Translations under genes and position numbers: made by a program
Assembly: GCF_006345805.1 (NCBI RefSeq)
Contig: NC_042997.1
Coordinates: 114,142,001 to 114,206,000 of the forward strand
Direction of reading: 5' to 3'
From: Octopus sinensis
Lineage: Eukaryota
DNA length: 64,000 nt
In this document: in pieces, positions 12,580-24,195 of the stretch
Layout: every line of letters starts with the position of its first letter
Position numbering within the stretch: the stretch's first letter is position 1
Notes under the pieces: model-generated
What the model saw: the letters and a program-made list of their open reading frames with translations, nothing else
Databases searched by the model: none
Told to the model about the DNA's origin: nothing

Positions 12580-12952
12580 TCTTTTACTTGTTTCAGCCAT
12601 TTGACTGCAGCCATGCTGGAGCACCATCTATTCATTGTAAGCCTAGTACTTATTCTATTGGTCTCTTTTGATGAATCACTAAGGGGAGATAAACACACCA
12701 ACATCGGTTGTCAAGCAATGGTGGGGAAACACACACACACACACACAAATATATATACATACATATATACACACCCACACACACACACCCACAAGCTTCT
12801 TCCAGTTTCCATATAGCAAATCCACTCACAAAGCTTTGGTTGGCCTGCAGCTATAGTAGAAGACACTTACCCAAGGTGCCATATAGTGGGACTGAACCCA
12901 AACACATGTGATTAGGAAGCAAGCTTCTTACCACACAGCCATGCCTGCGCCT
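12580..12952 (-). mobile_element. SINE family B
   Basis: Reverse complement of 19714-20126, with internal (CA)n. Confidence 0.9.
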
Positions 12953-13169
12953 ATGCTGAGCTTCTTTCAGTTTGTTGAGGGTTTGTAACAGGAAGGGCAT
13001 CCAGCTGTAGGAAATGTCCTAATGAATTCCATCTGATCTGTGTAGGTATGGAAAAGCAGATGTTAAATTACTGCTGACGATGATGATTTATACCTTCATA
13101 TAATAGTGAATTTATTAATCCATCCACTGTATAATGTCTTCCTTAATTTTAGTTCTATTTTCATAAAAC

Positions 13170-13620
13170 AAGTGGCACATAAAAGGCACCATTCATGTGT
13201 GATCGTTACCAGCATCGCCTTACTGGCACTCGAGCCCTGTGCTAGTAGGGTGTTAAGAGCATCATCAGAGCGTGATCGTTGCCAGAGTGGCTATCTGGCC
13301 TCCGTGCCGGTGGCACGTAAAATACACCATTCGAGCGTGATTGTTACCAGCATCGCCTTACTGGCACCTGTGCCGGTGGCATGTGTAAAAGATTCAAGTG
13401 AGGTTGTTGCCAGTACCGCCTGACTGGCCCCGTGCCGGTGGCACGTAAAAGCATCCACTACACTCTCGGAGTGGTTGGCGTTAGGGAGGACATCCAGCTG
13501 TAGAAACTGCCAGATCAAGATTGAAGCCTGGTGCAGCCATCTGGCTCACCAGCCCTCAGTCAAATCGTCCAACCCAGGCTAGTTTGGAAAGCGGACGTTA
13601 AACGATGATGATGATGATGA
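13170..13620 (+). mobile_element. RTE LINE 3' tail (family C) with several internal repeat units
   Basis: Repeated GTGGCAC-TAAAA-CACCATTCGAGCGTGATCGTTACCAG units; (GAT)n tail. Confidence 0.9.
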
Positions 13621-14551
13621 AGTTAAAAAGCAATTATTCACGTGGTGTTCTTCCTTTATAAGTTCTTAGCCCTGAAATCCTTTTGCAATGGGAAGAAATA
13701 TGTTTACATACCATTGAATTTAAAGTAATTTACATAGGTTTCGTAACTTGCATAGGTTTACAATGTTAAAATAATTATCTTAAATTTGTTATAGTTATAT
13801 CGTTAAATAAGGAAATTGCATCTAAATGAAAGTAAATCCAGTCTTGTAATGACACTCAGGATTAAATTGATTGATTTAGATTAAAGGATTTAGTTATTTT
13901 GAGGATTAGGTTTTGTTAACAATCATCTTTTTTCTCGTATATAGTTGCCTGTAGTTTGTATAAAAATACTAGATTAACTAACCTTGTTCAATTAATATAA
14001 TTAACTCTAATCAGTTAAGTAGATGACTGAACAATTCTCCCAGTCATACCAATCTGTGGTTATTCATTAAAACTCTATCATCTTAAGATTGTTTTGCTGA
14101 GGAGGTTTATTAAGACTTGAACATATCTGGAATTATCCCCTTCTCACTCTCCACTGCATTTTAATAAATTCTGATTAATTTAAATTTCAATACCAATCTT
14201 GGGTTATGAATTGGTGAAATTAAGGAATCTTTGTGGTATTTGTTGCAGCTCATTACATTCTGAGCTCAAATCCTACTGTAGACTACTTGGGTGATGGACT
14301 TCATTCATTACCCACTTAAACACCATCACCTGGCATCTTGGGTACCTTTAAAAGAATTTACACTATTGCAAGCATTCACACTAGGCCTCTGGTTTGAGGA
14401 TACCTTCTTCCTTTCATCCCATTAGTTTCAGAAGGCTTGTGAAGGGTCATGAGCACTGCCTGCCTTTCCTCCTGACTAAAAGATGAAAAAATCTGGGCAA
14501 GTAGGTTAGAGTAAAAGAAAGAAAAAAAAGTTTCAAGAGGGTTATTCAATA

Positions 14552-14858
14552 CTAGCAGTATCGCCCAGCGTTGCTCGGGTTTGTAAGGGAAATAACTATA
14601 TAAGCATTTTTAGAGAGTTACTTCCATTATATATCCCGAGCAAAAATCATTAAAAATGCGGAAAAATGATGGTAAATTTTTTTTTAAATCGTAGACTCAT
14701 CGTAGACGCACGCTAATACCTAGAAGGGCTCGATATGAATGACGACTATAAGATACCCACTTTTGGTTAAACTGCACTGCAAAATGTGGGAGTAGTTAGG
14801 AATCTAAATCGGAGGAGACAGAGTCTCACACACACAACTTCAATTTTATATATAAAGA
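14552..14858 (-). mobile_element. Non-autonomous Helitron (short variant of 435-940)
   Basis: 5' TCTTTATATATA, 3' hairpin plus CTAG, A^T target; lacks about 200 bp of internal sequence. Confidence 0.85.
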
Positions 14859-15201
14859 TTTGCAAGGCCCTGGTGAAGTCAAATTAACCTTTTAAGATGA
14901 GTAGGAGAAAGCAGCTCCTTAGTTTGGAGTAGAGACAACAAGAGGAAACATCATGTCAGTAGATTGAAGGTGTGTAGCATGGTTTGTTGGTTGGTCAGAT
15001 TAGATTTTTAATTTTGCTGTGGTTAGAACGTTTGTCTGCAGCACCACCATCCTAAATTGGTGAGCAGTTCCCTGTACTTTGTAAAGAGAGGAATGGTAAC
15101 CGTTCAAAAGAAAAATACGTTTTGGAACACAAAATATAGCTTAATCTTTGAGTTATATATAGTGGTATGAGTGAACAAATTGAACTTAGACCCAGCTTAA
15201 T

Positions 15202-15632
15202 TCAGTGTGTAAACTGAGCATTTAGGGGGAAAAAACTCCCAGAACAAACTGTAAACAGTGAAATCATACTTGTGAACATAAAATTCAATGACTTCTTTGT
15301 GGAAGTTCTTTTCCTGATTGCAACCTGGTTTATGTTTAGATTCAAGTAATTCTTAGATTTTGTCTCAACAAAAGAGAACTGAATCCAGATTCTCACAAGC
15401 GTCTCATTCCAAATGAAAACAGGACACAGTTCTTGGTCATAATCTACGAGTCAGCTCCATATATGTAAAATAATTTGATTTCTTGGTATGCTCAATGAAG
15501 TTTCTTTTAAGAGTTATTTTATTCTGAAAAGCAATTTGAATAAAATATATACTTTCCGTCTTTGTCTCAGCTCTTGAAATTTCATCATATGCCCTCAATG
15601 GGTTTGGACACACCAGTTTGGGAACCCCTACT
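15202..15632 (-). pseudogene. hAT (Charlie/Buster-like) transposase C-terminal remnant with one TIR
   Basis: Frameshifted ESGFSSLL / VETKSKNYLNL..VAIRK and terminal AQFTH* resemble the CESGFS..KTK.RNRL..AQxSH end of hAT dimerisation domains; AGTTTGGGAACCCCTA TIR-like sequence near 15615-15630. Confidence 0.6.
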
Positions 15633-15804
15633 GTAGTGAATTTGTGATGGTATGATTTAGCTTATTCTTGTGAAATCAAGGTTTTGGTTTGTTTATGTCT
15701 GGCTGGAATTGAAGATGTGGTTTCTTATGATCGTAAAAGACTATATGAACTGTATAACATTATTTGGATTATGAGTGATTGTAAATGCAAATCTTTATTA
15801 GATA

Positions 15805-16180
15805 TTGATCACCTTAAATCTGATTGAGAAGGAGCTTCAGGGGCACATGATGTACTACCAAGCTTCTCATGACTGCTCAGAACATTTCATGGCTTGAACA
15901 CAAGACTGGGGAGATTTATGGAAACATTCTACCCGTTTCTACTATTGTTGCTTATTGTAGGGTAGGCTTTGCTGGTTACTGCCACCATGCCAAACACCAG
16001 GCTATATCAGATGTATTTTGGAGATGTCCACAATTTAATAGCGGACATAGACTACTCGAATATATTGGTGTTATCAGTAGACACAGAAAACCTGAATTTT
16101 TGACCCACCAAAGCTTAACGTGAAGGACAGAGATTCCAAGTGCAGTATGGTGAAATGCATTTTGGTTGTGGCCATTTGAA
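15805..16180 (+). mobile_element. RTE-clade (RTE-X-like) LINE ORF C-terminal fragment
   Basis: LLMTAQNISWLEHKTGEIYGNILPVSTIVAYCRVGFAGYCHHAKHQAISDVFW matches the pattern NISW..H.T...IYG.LP.VS.....RL.FAGHC.R. Confidence 0.75.
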
Positions 16181-17003
16181 GAAGAAATCTGAATGCACAT
16201 TTTCTGAAGTTATGAAAATCTAGCAGAGTTTCGAGTTTGTTAGTTGTTGATTTTTTTTTCTTGCTTATTATTGGAAACGAAGCCTTTTGATGTTTCTACA
16301 CTAAACAAAAACAATTATATTTATGAGATGCAAAAAGAATGTCATCATTTAAAATTCTGTAAAACATATTAGTCTCAAGAACAAAGAAAAGTATATATTT
16401 TTGAAGACATTGGTCTTGTTTTCTCTCAACCATCAAAAACAATAGGCTGACAGATTGACCCTATTGATTTTTTTTTTTCTCAAGACAATAACAAAAAAAA
16501 AAAAAAGAAAATTCAATTAAAAGGTTTGTTTTATCTCATTTTCTTTCTTATGTGACTAAGCCATCTATCTTAAGCATATTTCATTTGTATTTTTTAAAGT
16601 TTGATATACATCATCATCATCATCATTATTGTTTAACGGCTGCCTTCCATATATAAAATTTTGTCATTTTTGTAAACAAATATTCTATTCTGCCTGTGTG
16701 CAAATTTAGCGAAAGGCTTTGGTAATAATTTATTTTCCCATTAGTTTTGAAAACACAATTCTAAGCACAATTTGAGGGGCTGTCTGTTTTATTAAGTGGT
16801 AGTAGTAGTAGTAGTAGTAAAACAAGCAAAGGTGGGATCTGCTCTAATGTTTGTTTTATCGAGAGATGTCAATGCCATCTGTTGACAAGTTGTTGAAGAA
16901 TCAATTTTTTTCCTGTTTGTTTTCATTTTCAGAACTCTTTCATGACATTCCTCTGTCAATTTAACTGCCAGAATTCCAAATTTCTCTGATTGTGTGTGCA
17001 TGT

Positions 17004-17048
<45 letters not shown>

Positions 17049-17091
17049 TACACACACACATATGAGGTACTTTCTCAGCAATAGTCAACCT

Positions 17092-17940
17092 TCATCATCA
17101 TCATTTAATGTCTAATTTCCATGCTGGCATAGGTTGGATGGTTTGACTGAGGCCTGGCAAACCAGATGGCTGCACCAGGCTCCAATCTGTTCTGGCAAGG
17201 TTTCTACAGCTGGGTGCCCTTCCTAATTCCAACCACTCTGAGAGTGTAGTGGGTACTTTGTATGTGCCACTGGCATTGATCATGTTTGGATGGTGCTTTT
17301 TACGTGCCACTGGCATAAGAGCCAGTCAAGGGGTACTGGCATCGGCCATGATTGGTTGATGCTTTTTATGTTCCACTGGCACAGGAGCCAGTCAGGGGCA
17401 CTGGCTGCAGCTACAATATTGGTTTTACTTGACTTAACAGGTCTTCTCAAGCATATCATATTACCTGACGCATCAGGGGTATTCTTAACAGGGCTGGACA
17501 TGTGTAGCTGTGATATCACTTTAGTTGCTGGGTCTTATCAATCACAGCATATCTCCAAAGGTCCCAGTCTTCCATTATTGCCTCTGTGAGGCCCAGTGTT
17601 TGAACTCAAGCACAGTATATTGCCCAATGATTGAAGGGTACTCTTCAATGGGCCTGTTATGTGACACTGGCTGAGGCCAATGCCACAGTCTCACTTGGCT
17701 TGCCGGGTCTTCTCAAGCACAACATATCTCCAAAGGTCTTGGTTGCTTGTCATTGCCTCTGTGAGGCTCAATGTTCGAAAGTCATGCTTCACCACCTCAT
17801 CCCAGGTCTTCCTAGGTCTAGCTCTTCCACAGGTTCCATCCACTGTTAGGGTGTGACACTTTTTCACACAGCTGTCCTTGTCCATACGCAACACATGACC
17901 TTACCAGCGCAGTCACATCTCATGCACACCACATCTGATG
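17092..17940 (-). mobile_element. RTE LINE 3' end: ORF C-terminus, 3' UTR and (GAT)n tail (parent of family C)
   Basis: LRW*GHVLRMDKDSCVKKCHTLTVDGTCGRARPRKTWDEVVKHD...QDLWRY is contiguous with the family C tail. Confidence 0.9.
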
Positions 17941-18275
17941 TTTTGGATTACATTATCTAATGTCTCCTTTTAAAAGATGGTAGGTTATAATTTGAAGGCG
18001 ATTTAGCTGCTTTTTCTGGAAGGTTGCATGACTGCTTAGAGATTTGCTCATTGACTTGCAGTATATAGTTGTATAAGGTTCAAAACCAGCGTTCCTCTTT
18101 TGGCCAGTGCTGTGTCATTTAGTAAATATTGATGTCTGGCTCTTGTAGTGGAAATTTTGGATTTGCATTCCTAAAGTAGGGGCTCAGTAAGTTTGTGTCG
18201 TTTCACCTTCATGGAACCATTGATGACTTGTTAATCTCATGTAAATTTTTAAAACATAATTTAGAAGTATAATTA

Positions 18276-18665
18276 TTAAACCTTTAACATTTTGATTGCT
18301 CTGTCAAATGTATTTATTCTTATTGTTGTCAATTAGATAATGCATTATCTTGTAGTTTCAAGACTTTGATTATGTGATTGTTTATTTTTAGAATGATATT
18401 GTAATGTAGGTGTGAGAAGCTGGATCTGGTCAGTTTGAACAGAAAACAGGTAGAATATTTGGGCCAGATTTGGCTGGTTTAACCCTTTAGTAATCACATT
18501 GTTTTGAGTTAGTTATGCATGTTGCAGCTTCAAGGTTTCAATGATGTGAGAGTTTATTTTTGTGAATGACATTGTAGGGTTGGTGTGAGAGGCCAGACCT
18601 GGCCTGTTCTCAACATAAAACAAGTAGAATATTTGGGCTGGATGGTTTAAATGTTAATAGGTTAA
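18276..18665 (+). mobile_element. Two tandem or nested TTAA MITEs, type 1
   Basis: Two successive copies of the ~225-bp element joined at a TTAA near 18479. Confidence 0.8.
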
Positions 18666-19014
18666 AAACAATTTCTGGATTTAAAAATGATAATTCTTCA
18701 TTCGTTTGTGCCATTAAATATAAAGAAAATACTTAAATTGATAAAGAACTATAAAAATCCAGTTATATAACATTAATACAGTTGGAATATTTAATATGAA
18801 ATATATGTTTGGTGAATACTAGTTTACATTGCATCAATATTTGGCTGGGAATTAAACACTTATAGATCCAGTTTGTTAATAATTCAGCACCCTAAATGCT
18901 CAGAATTGTTTCATATGTTTGTTAACCCCTTGTATAGCAACATAGACCCTCCCCCACCTTTCTGGGGCCAATATTAACCACTTTACTGATATCTGTCCTA
19001 AAGTATGTGGTTTC

Positions 19015-19292
19015 ATCATCATCGTTTAACGTCCGTTTTCCATGCTAGCATGGGTTGGACGGTTCGACCGGGGTCTGGGAAGCCAGGAGGCTGCCTGCAC
19101 CAGCTGTAGAAACACTGCCAGCAGTGTTTCTACAGCTGGATGCCCTTCCTAACGCCAACCACTCCGTAAGTGTAGTAGGTGCTTTTTACATGCCACCGGC
19201 ACAGGGGCCAGAGGAGGCTGGCAAACGGCCACGATCAGTTGGTGCTTTTTACGTGTCACCGACACGGATGCCAGTCAGGCGGCGCTGGCATC
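19015..19292 (-). mobile_element. RTE 3' tail (family C)
   Basis: CATCATCATCGTTTAACGTCCG...GGATGCCCTTCCTAACGCCAACC. Confidence 0.9.
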
Positions 19293-19713
19293 ACATAATG
19301 CACACATGTTCTGTTCAGTACAAAATTAAGAGTACACAGCTGCAGTGCTTGTAATTTAGTCTCAGAGAGGGAACTGGTCACTCCAAGTGAGCTTAAGGAT
19401 TTCTCATATGTATTTTGTGTTGAAGGTTTTTCTAAAGATATTGAGAATTATTAATAATTTGTCTGCCCGATTTTATTGCTGTCTCTCTTTGACAGTTGTT
19501 GCTTAGAATCTGTACAAGTGAACCACTGTCTAATTGATTTGTTTGTTTCAATTTTACCAATATTGTTCTCTGTGCTGTTGCAACACGGGCAATTACATTG
19601 TAGAAGTACAGTCCTGTAAGGGATTGTACATCTAATGAGATATGACTGCTCAGCTTTCAATTAATTTTGAAAACAATTAAAAATTTAAGATTTATAAAAA
19701 TAACTTTTCATTA

Positions 19714-20126
19714 GGCACAGGAGTGGTTGTGTGGTAAGTAGCTTGCTAACCAACCACATGGTTCCGGGTTCAGTCCCACTGCGTGGCATCTTGGGCAAGT
19801 GTCTTCTGCTATAGCCCCGGGCTGACCAATACCTTGTGAGTGGATTTGGTAGACGGATACTGAAAGAAGTCTGTCGTATATATGTATATATATATGTATG
19901 TGTGTGTGTATATGTTTGTGTGTCAGTGTTTGTCCCCCTAGCATTGCTTGACAACCGATGCTGGTGTGTTTACGTCCCCGTCACTTAGCGGTTCGGCAAA
20001 AGAGACCGATAGAATAAGTACTGGGCTTACAAAGAATAAGTCCTGGGGTCGATTTGCTCGACTAAAGGCGGTGCTCCAGCATGGCCGCAGTCAAATGACT
20101 GAAACAAGTAAAAGAGAGTAAAGAGT
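19714..20126 (+). mobile_element. SINE family B, full-length young copy
   Basis: A-box-like TGGTTGTGTGG, B-box GGTTCAGTCCC, CTTGGGCAAGTGTCTTCT core, internal TA/TG microsatellite, CpGs retained, flanking CTTTTCATTA direct repeat. Confidence 0.92.
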
Positions 20127-21222
20127 AATCTTTTCATTAATATTTAGCTTGTATTGGAATATAATTTAACAAAAGGTTTTTGTATAAAATTATGATGCAA
20201 GATTTAAATTTAAATAGGTACACTTCAAATTAGGTCATTTGCTTTTCTATATCGAAGAAATTTATAGGTTATCTCTGATGGTTTGGTACTGAAACCAATA
20301 CAGTCAGTTGGCCAGCTGATGTAAGTCAAACAGTAATATTGTAGCAGATTATTAGACATAGCATTTTAATATAATGGGCTATATTGAACATAAAGTTTGC
20401 TTTTATCTGACTATATGTGGACACATTTTGTGATCTGAAGTAGGATGGTTCCCTGCCTCTCTGTCTGTCTGTCTCTCTCTCTCTCACACACACACAGTCT
20501 GGGATATGTGTTTTTGTAAATTGATAAAGAGTACATAAAGAAATGAACCTTTGTGTAAGCTGCCAAAATTGTTTTAACGTTGTGTAAGTAATTCCCACGT
20601 GATTGTTTAGATGGAGAAAATAAAGAACTTGAATAGATTTCGTTTTAAAAAGAAGAAATAAGTCATATGTATGTGTATCTATTTATATATGTATGTATAT
20701 ACATATATACATAAATATGAATGTTTGTGTATATGTATATACATGTGTGTGTATGTGTTTGTAATATGTATGTATGCATATATATATATATTTGTGAATT
20801 ACAGTTTCTACTTTGCCAATTGCTGATCAGATCTTATTGACTTTCTTTCCAATCAATAACTTTATTCTTTCATGGTTTGTTTTATTTTCTCTTCATTGAT
20901 CGTCGTATAAATTCTTTTTAAAATTGATTCTACAAAGTTGCTTTGGCCTAAGAATATATTGTATTCAAATCTAATTATTCAGAAATATTCCGCTATTATT
21001 ATGTGTTTGAAATGTTGAATAAAAACTTATTTAATTATCTGACATTTTTCTAGATAGTGTTTTTACTGAGAATACTTATTGTCATTAGTCTTTGAAATGT
21101 TTTATTTTCTTGTTAATGGAAAGTTAGAATCTTAAAATCTGTATGAGAAAGGCAGGAGATAACCTGGGATTAATCACTGGAAATATTGTTTAGGTAACAG
21201 GGTGACTGAGATGATTGCAACT

Positions 21223-21625
21223 GGCGGTGAGCTGGCAGAAGCATTAGCACGCCGGGCGAAATGCTTAATGGTATTTCGTCTGCCGTTATGTTCTGAGTTC
21301 AAATTCTGCCGAGGTCGACTTTGCCTTTCATCCTTTTGAGGTCGATTAAATAAGTGCCAGTTACGCACTGGGGTCGATATAATTGACTTAATCCATTTGT
21401 ATGTCCTTGTTTGTCCCCTCTGTGTTTAGCCCCTTGTGGGTAGTAAAGAAATAGGTATTTCATCTGCCGCTACGTTCTGAGTTCAAATTCCGCAGAAGTG
21501 ACTTTGCCTTTCATCCTTTCGGGGTTGATAAATTAAGTACCAGTTACGCACTGGGTCGATGTAATCGACTTAATCCATTTGTCTGTCCCCTCTGTGTTTA
21601 GCCCCTTGTGGGTAGTAAAGAAATA
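21223..21625 (+). mobile_element. SINE family A, 1.7-mer within one TSD
   Basis: Full copy plus a headless second copy; GATTGCAACTGGC on both flanks. Confidence 0.9.
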
Positions 21626-21644
21626 GATTGCAACTGGCCTTTTC

Positions 21645-22080
21645 TTCTTTTTTTTACTTGTTGGTTCTGGAGGAAGGGGTGGTGCCCATAGTTTCCACAG
21701 CCTCTGCTTGCATAGCAAAGATTGATGTCACTAATGTTGAACCTTTTATAAGTCAGCAGCTACAAGAAGGACATTCTAGAGGGTTGACATTCTAGGTGGG
21801 AAGAACTAGGTATAGTAATTTGTGTAGTGCCAGTGGCCTTGGCTACAACAAAGGGAATAAAAGCAGGAAGGGTGACCGGGAAGGAACACCTGAGTGGAGG
21901 CAGCATGAATCGACCCAACTCAGGGGAGCAGAGGCTATTACAGTAGTGATACAAAAAGTCAAGAGGGGAGACTGCTGGAGCATGACTCCAGGGACTTTAT
22001 TCCAATCAGTTTGGTGGCACTTTTTTTGGATGTTGTCTTGGATGTCTATGTGAGCAGCACCATACCAGATAACGAGAGCA
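21645..22080 (-). mobile_element. CR1/Zenon-like LINE C-terminal fragment
   Basis: IWYGAAHIDIQDNIQKK and YHYCNSLCSPELGRFMLPP resemble HIW.GA..LD.IQ.K and YRYY.G.CS.EL..L.PP. Confidence 0.6.
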
Positions 22081-23073
22081 ATATCTATAATTATTAATGA
22101 TTGTTGTTTTTTTAACTTCAGATCAGCCCTGATTAAGCAGGTTTATGATCAAGGGTGTTAAAGTCTTAACTGTCTCGTATTTCCCCCATACAGCATGCAT
22201 CCACCACCACATTATCTAACGTGTCTCTCCCTTTTAAGATAGTGAATTTGGTTGCTATTTCTAGCAGGTTGAGTGAATATTGTTGAATCTTAACTTAAAT
22301 AAATGTTGTTTCAAAAGAAATAAAAGTGAAGAATTACTGAAGAATTTGACTAAGTTGAAAGAGTAGAATAAATACCCTTCATTTGACCTTTGAGAATTTT
22401 TGAGATTGTTTTATTTTTCTCTTTCTTTAAAAATTTTTTCAAGGCAAAAATCTACATTTAAAGAGACGAAAGTAACAGCATGTAGGATATTCTATCCTTA
22501 ATGTTAATGGACTGTACTTAACTCAGAAGGATTGGTAAAATGGGTTGGTATGAATTGGAGAAGGGAATGTTTTAGTTAGAGAAGGAAGTTTTTTTTTTAG
22601 TGTGTAAAGAATATTTGATTGAACCTTTTCCTAAAGGAGTCTGGGGAAAGTAGGTTATGGATGTTGCCAAGTGGAAACCACCAGCCGCTTACAAGTGAAG
22701 CTGTAATAGTTTGAATAGAAAATGGTTTGACAAATATTTCAGATATTATAGATTGGAAATTCCTGGGGTGTGAGATGGGAGGAAACGACTAAAAGAATAA
22801 TTATGGAAAACTAAAAAAAATATATATATATATATAAAAAATGACAAAATGAGTATTTGGATGCCTGATCAATCAAGAAATCAACACAAAATTCCATTGA
22901 GGAAAGCATTTAGTGGTAAGTAAGATATATTGTCGAAATATAAAAAAAATGATTGACTAAAGAAACCCCAATAAAATGTCTTGTAAAGCTTAAATATAAA
23001 TTCTGATTGGAAAGTTGCATTAGATGTTATCTAAGGTGTATGAGATGGAAAATAATTATTTAACTGTGATTTT

Positions 23074-23104
<31 letters not shown>

Positions 23105-23183
23105 GGGAGGGAAGGGGGATAGAAAGAGGGTAGTGTAGAAGGTAAATTAGAAATGCTAGCTAAATGCACTAAAAATTAATGCA

Positions 23184-23408
23184 TTAACCTTTTAGCATTC
23201 AGATTAATCTGACAAATGTAATGAATATTTATTCATGTAGTTCTGAATTAATCAGGTATTACTTCATAACTTTGAGATTTATTTTATTTGTTTGGTTTTA
23301 GAATGACATCGTAGTGTATGCTTGAGAGATCAGATCCAATTGGTTTGAACATAAAATAAGGTAGAATATTTGGGCCAGATATGACCAGTTTAAATGCTAA
23401 AGGGCTAA
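23184..23408 (+). mobile_element. TTAA MITE type 1 (piggyBac-like ends)
   Basis: TTAA-CCTTTTAGCATT ... AATGCTAAAGGG-CTAA. Confidence 0.85.
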
Positions 23409-23427
23409 AATAGAATTAATATAAATA

Positions 23428-23995
23428 ATGATGACAAAAGACCGAGACCTTTGGAGATATGCTGTGATTGATAAGACCCGGTAAGTAAAGTGAGATCACA
23501 GCCATAACCCATACCAGTGTCGCATAACCAGCCCACTTTAAAAGTACCCTTGAATCACAGGGCGATAAACTGCACTTGAGAAGACCTATTGGGTCAGGTA
23601 AAATCAAAAGTAAATCAAGATTGAAATGGAAATTGTAGTTGTGGCCGATGCCAGTGTCACAAATGACTGGCTCCCTGTGCCGGTGGTATGTAAAAAGCAC
23701 CATCCAAATGTGATCAGTGCCAGTGCCCCCTGACTGGCTCCTGTACCTGTGGCACATAGAAAGCACCATCCAAACATGGTCGATGCCAGTTCCGCCTGAC
23801 TGGCTCCCATTGCCAGTGGCACATAAAAAGCACCCACTACACTCTCGGAGTGGTTGGTGTTAGGAAGGGCATCCAGCTGTAGAAACCTGCCAAATCAGAC
23901 TGGAACCTGGTGCAGCTTACCAGTTTTCAGTCAAACTGTCCAATCCATGCCAGCATGGAAAATGAACATTAAATAATGATGATGATGATGATGAT
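23428..23995 (+). mobile_element. RTE LINE 3' end (family C, long)
   Basis: Begins with DRDLWRYAVIDKTR* coding remnant, then UTR repeats and (GAT)n. Confidence 0.88.
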
Positions 23996-24006
23996 TTCTT
24001 TATTAA

Positions 24007-24195
24007 GGTAATGAGCTGGCAGAATCATTAGCATGCCAGGCAAAATGCTTTGTGGAATTTCATCCATCTTTATGTTCTGAGTGACTTTGCCTTTCATCCT
24101 TTTGGAGTTGATATGTACCAGTTGAGCACAGGGGCCAAAGTAATTGACTTACCTCCTCATCCGAAATTGCTGGCCTTGTGCCAAAATTTGAATCA
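24007..24195 (+). mobile_element. SINE family A, alternative tail
   Basis: A head and core followed by AATTGCTGGCCTTGTGCCAAAATTTGAA. Confidence 0.75.

Noticed and set aside
13170-13460. CRISPR-like array of hairpin repeats
   Set aside because: The intervening sequences are themselves repeated rather than unique spacers, there are no cas genes, and the array is part of the RTE 3' UTR.
14095-14130. CTGAGGA-GGTTT..AGACT-TGAAC
   Set aside because: GAAA core broken and no stem I or III; likely chance.
20270-20310. CTGATGG..GAAAC..GTC hammerhead-like string
   Set aside because: A9 is missing and there is no convincing stem I.
22105-22145. Apparent small exon TTCAG|ATCAGCCCTGATTAAGCAG|GTTTAT
   Set aside because: It lies within a degenerate dispersed repeat also seen near 9425-9600 and 17945-18050.
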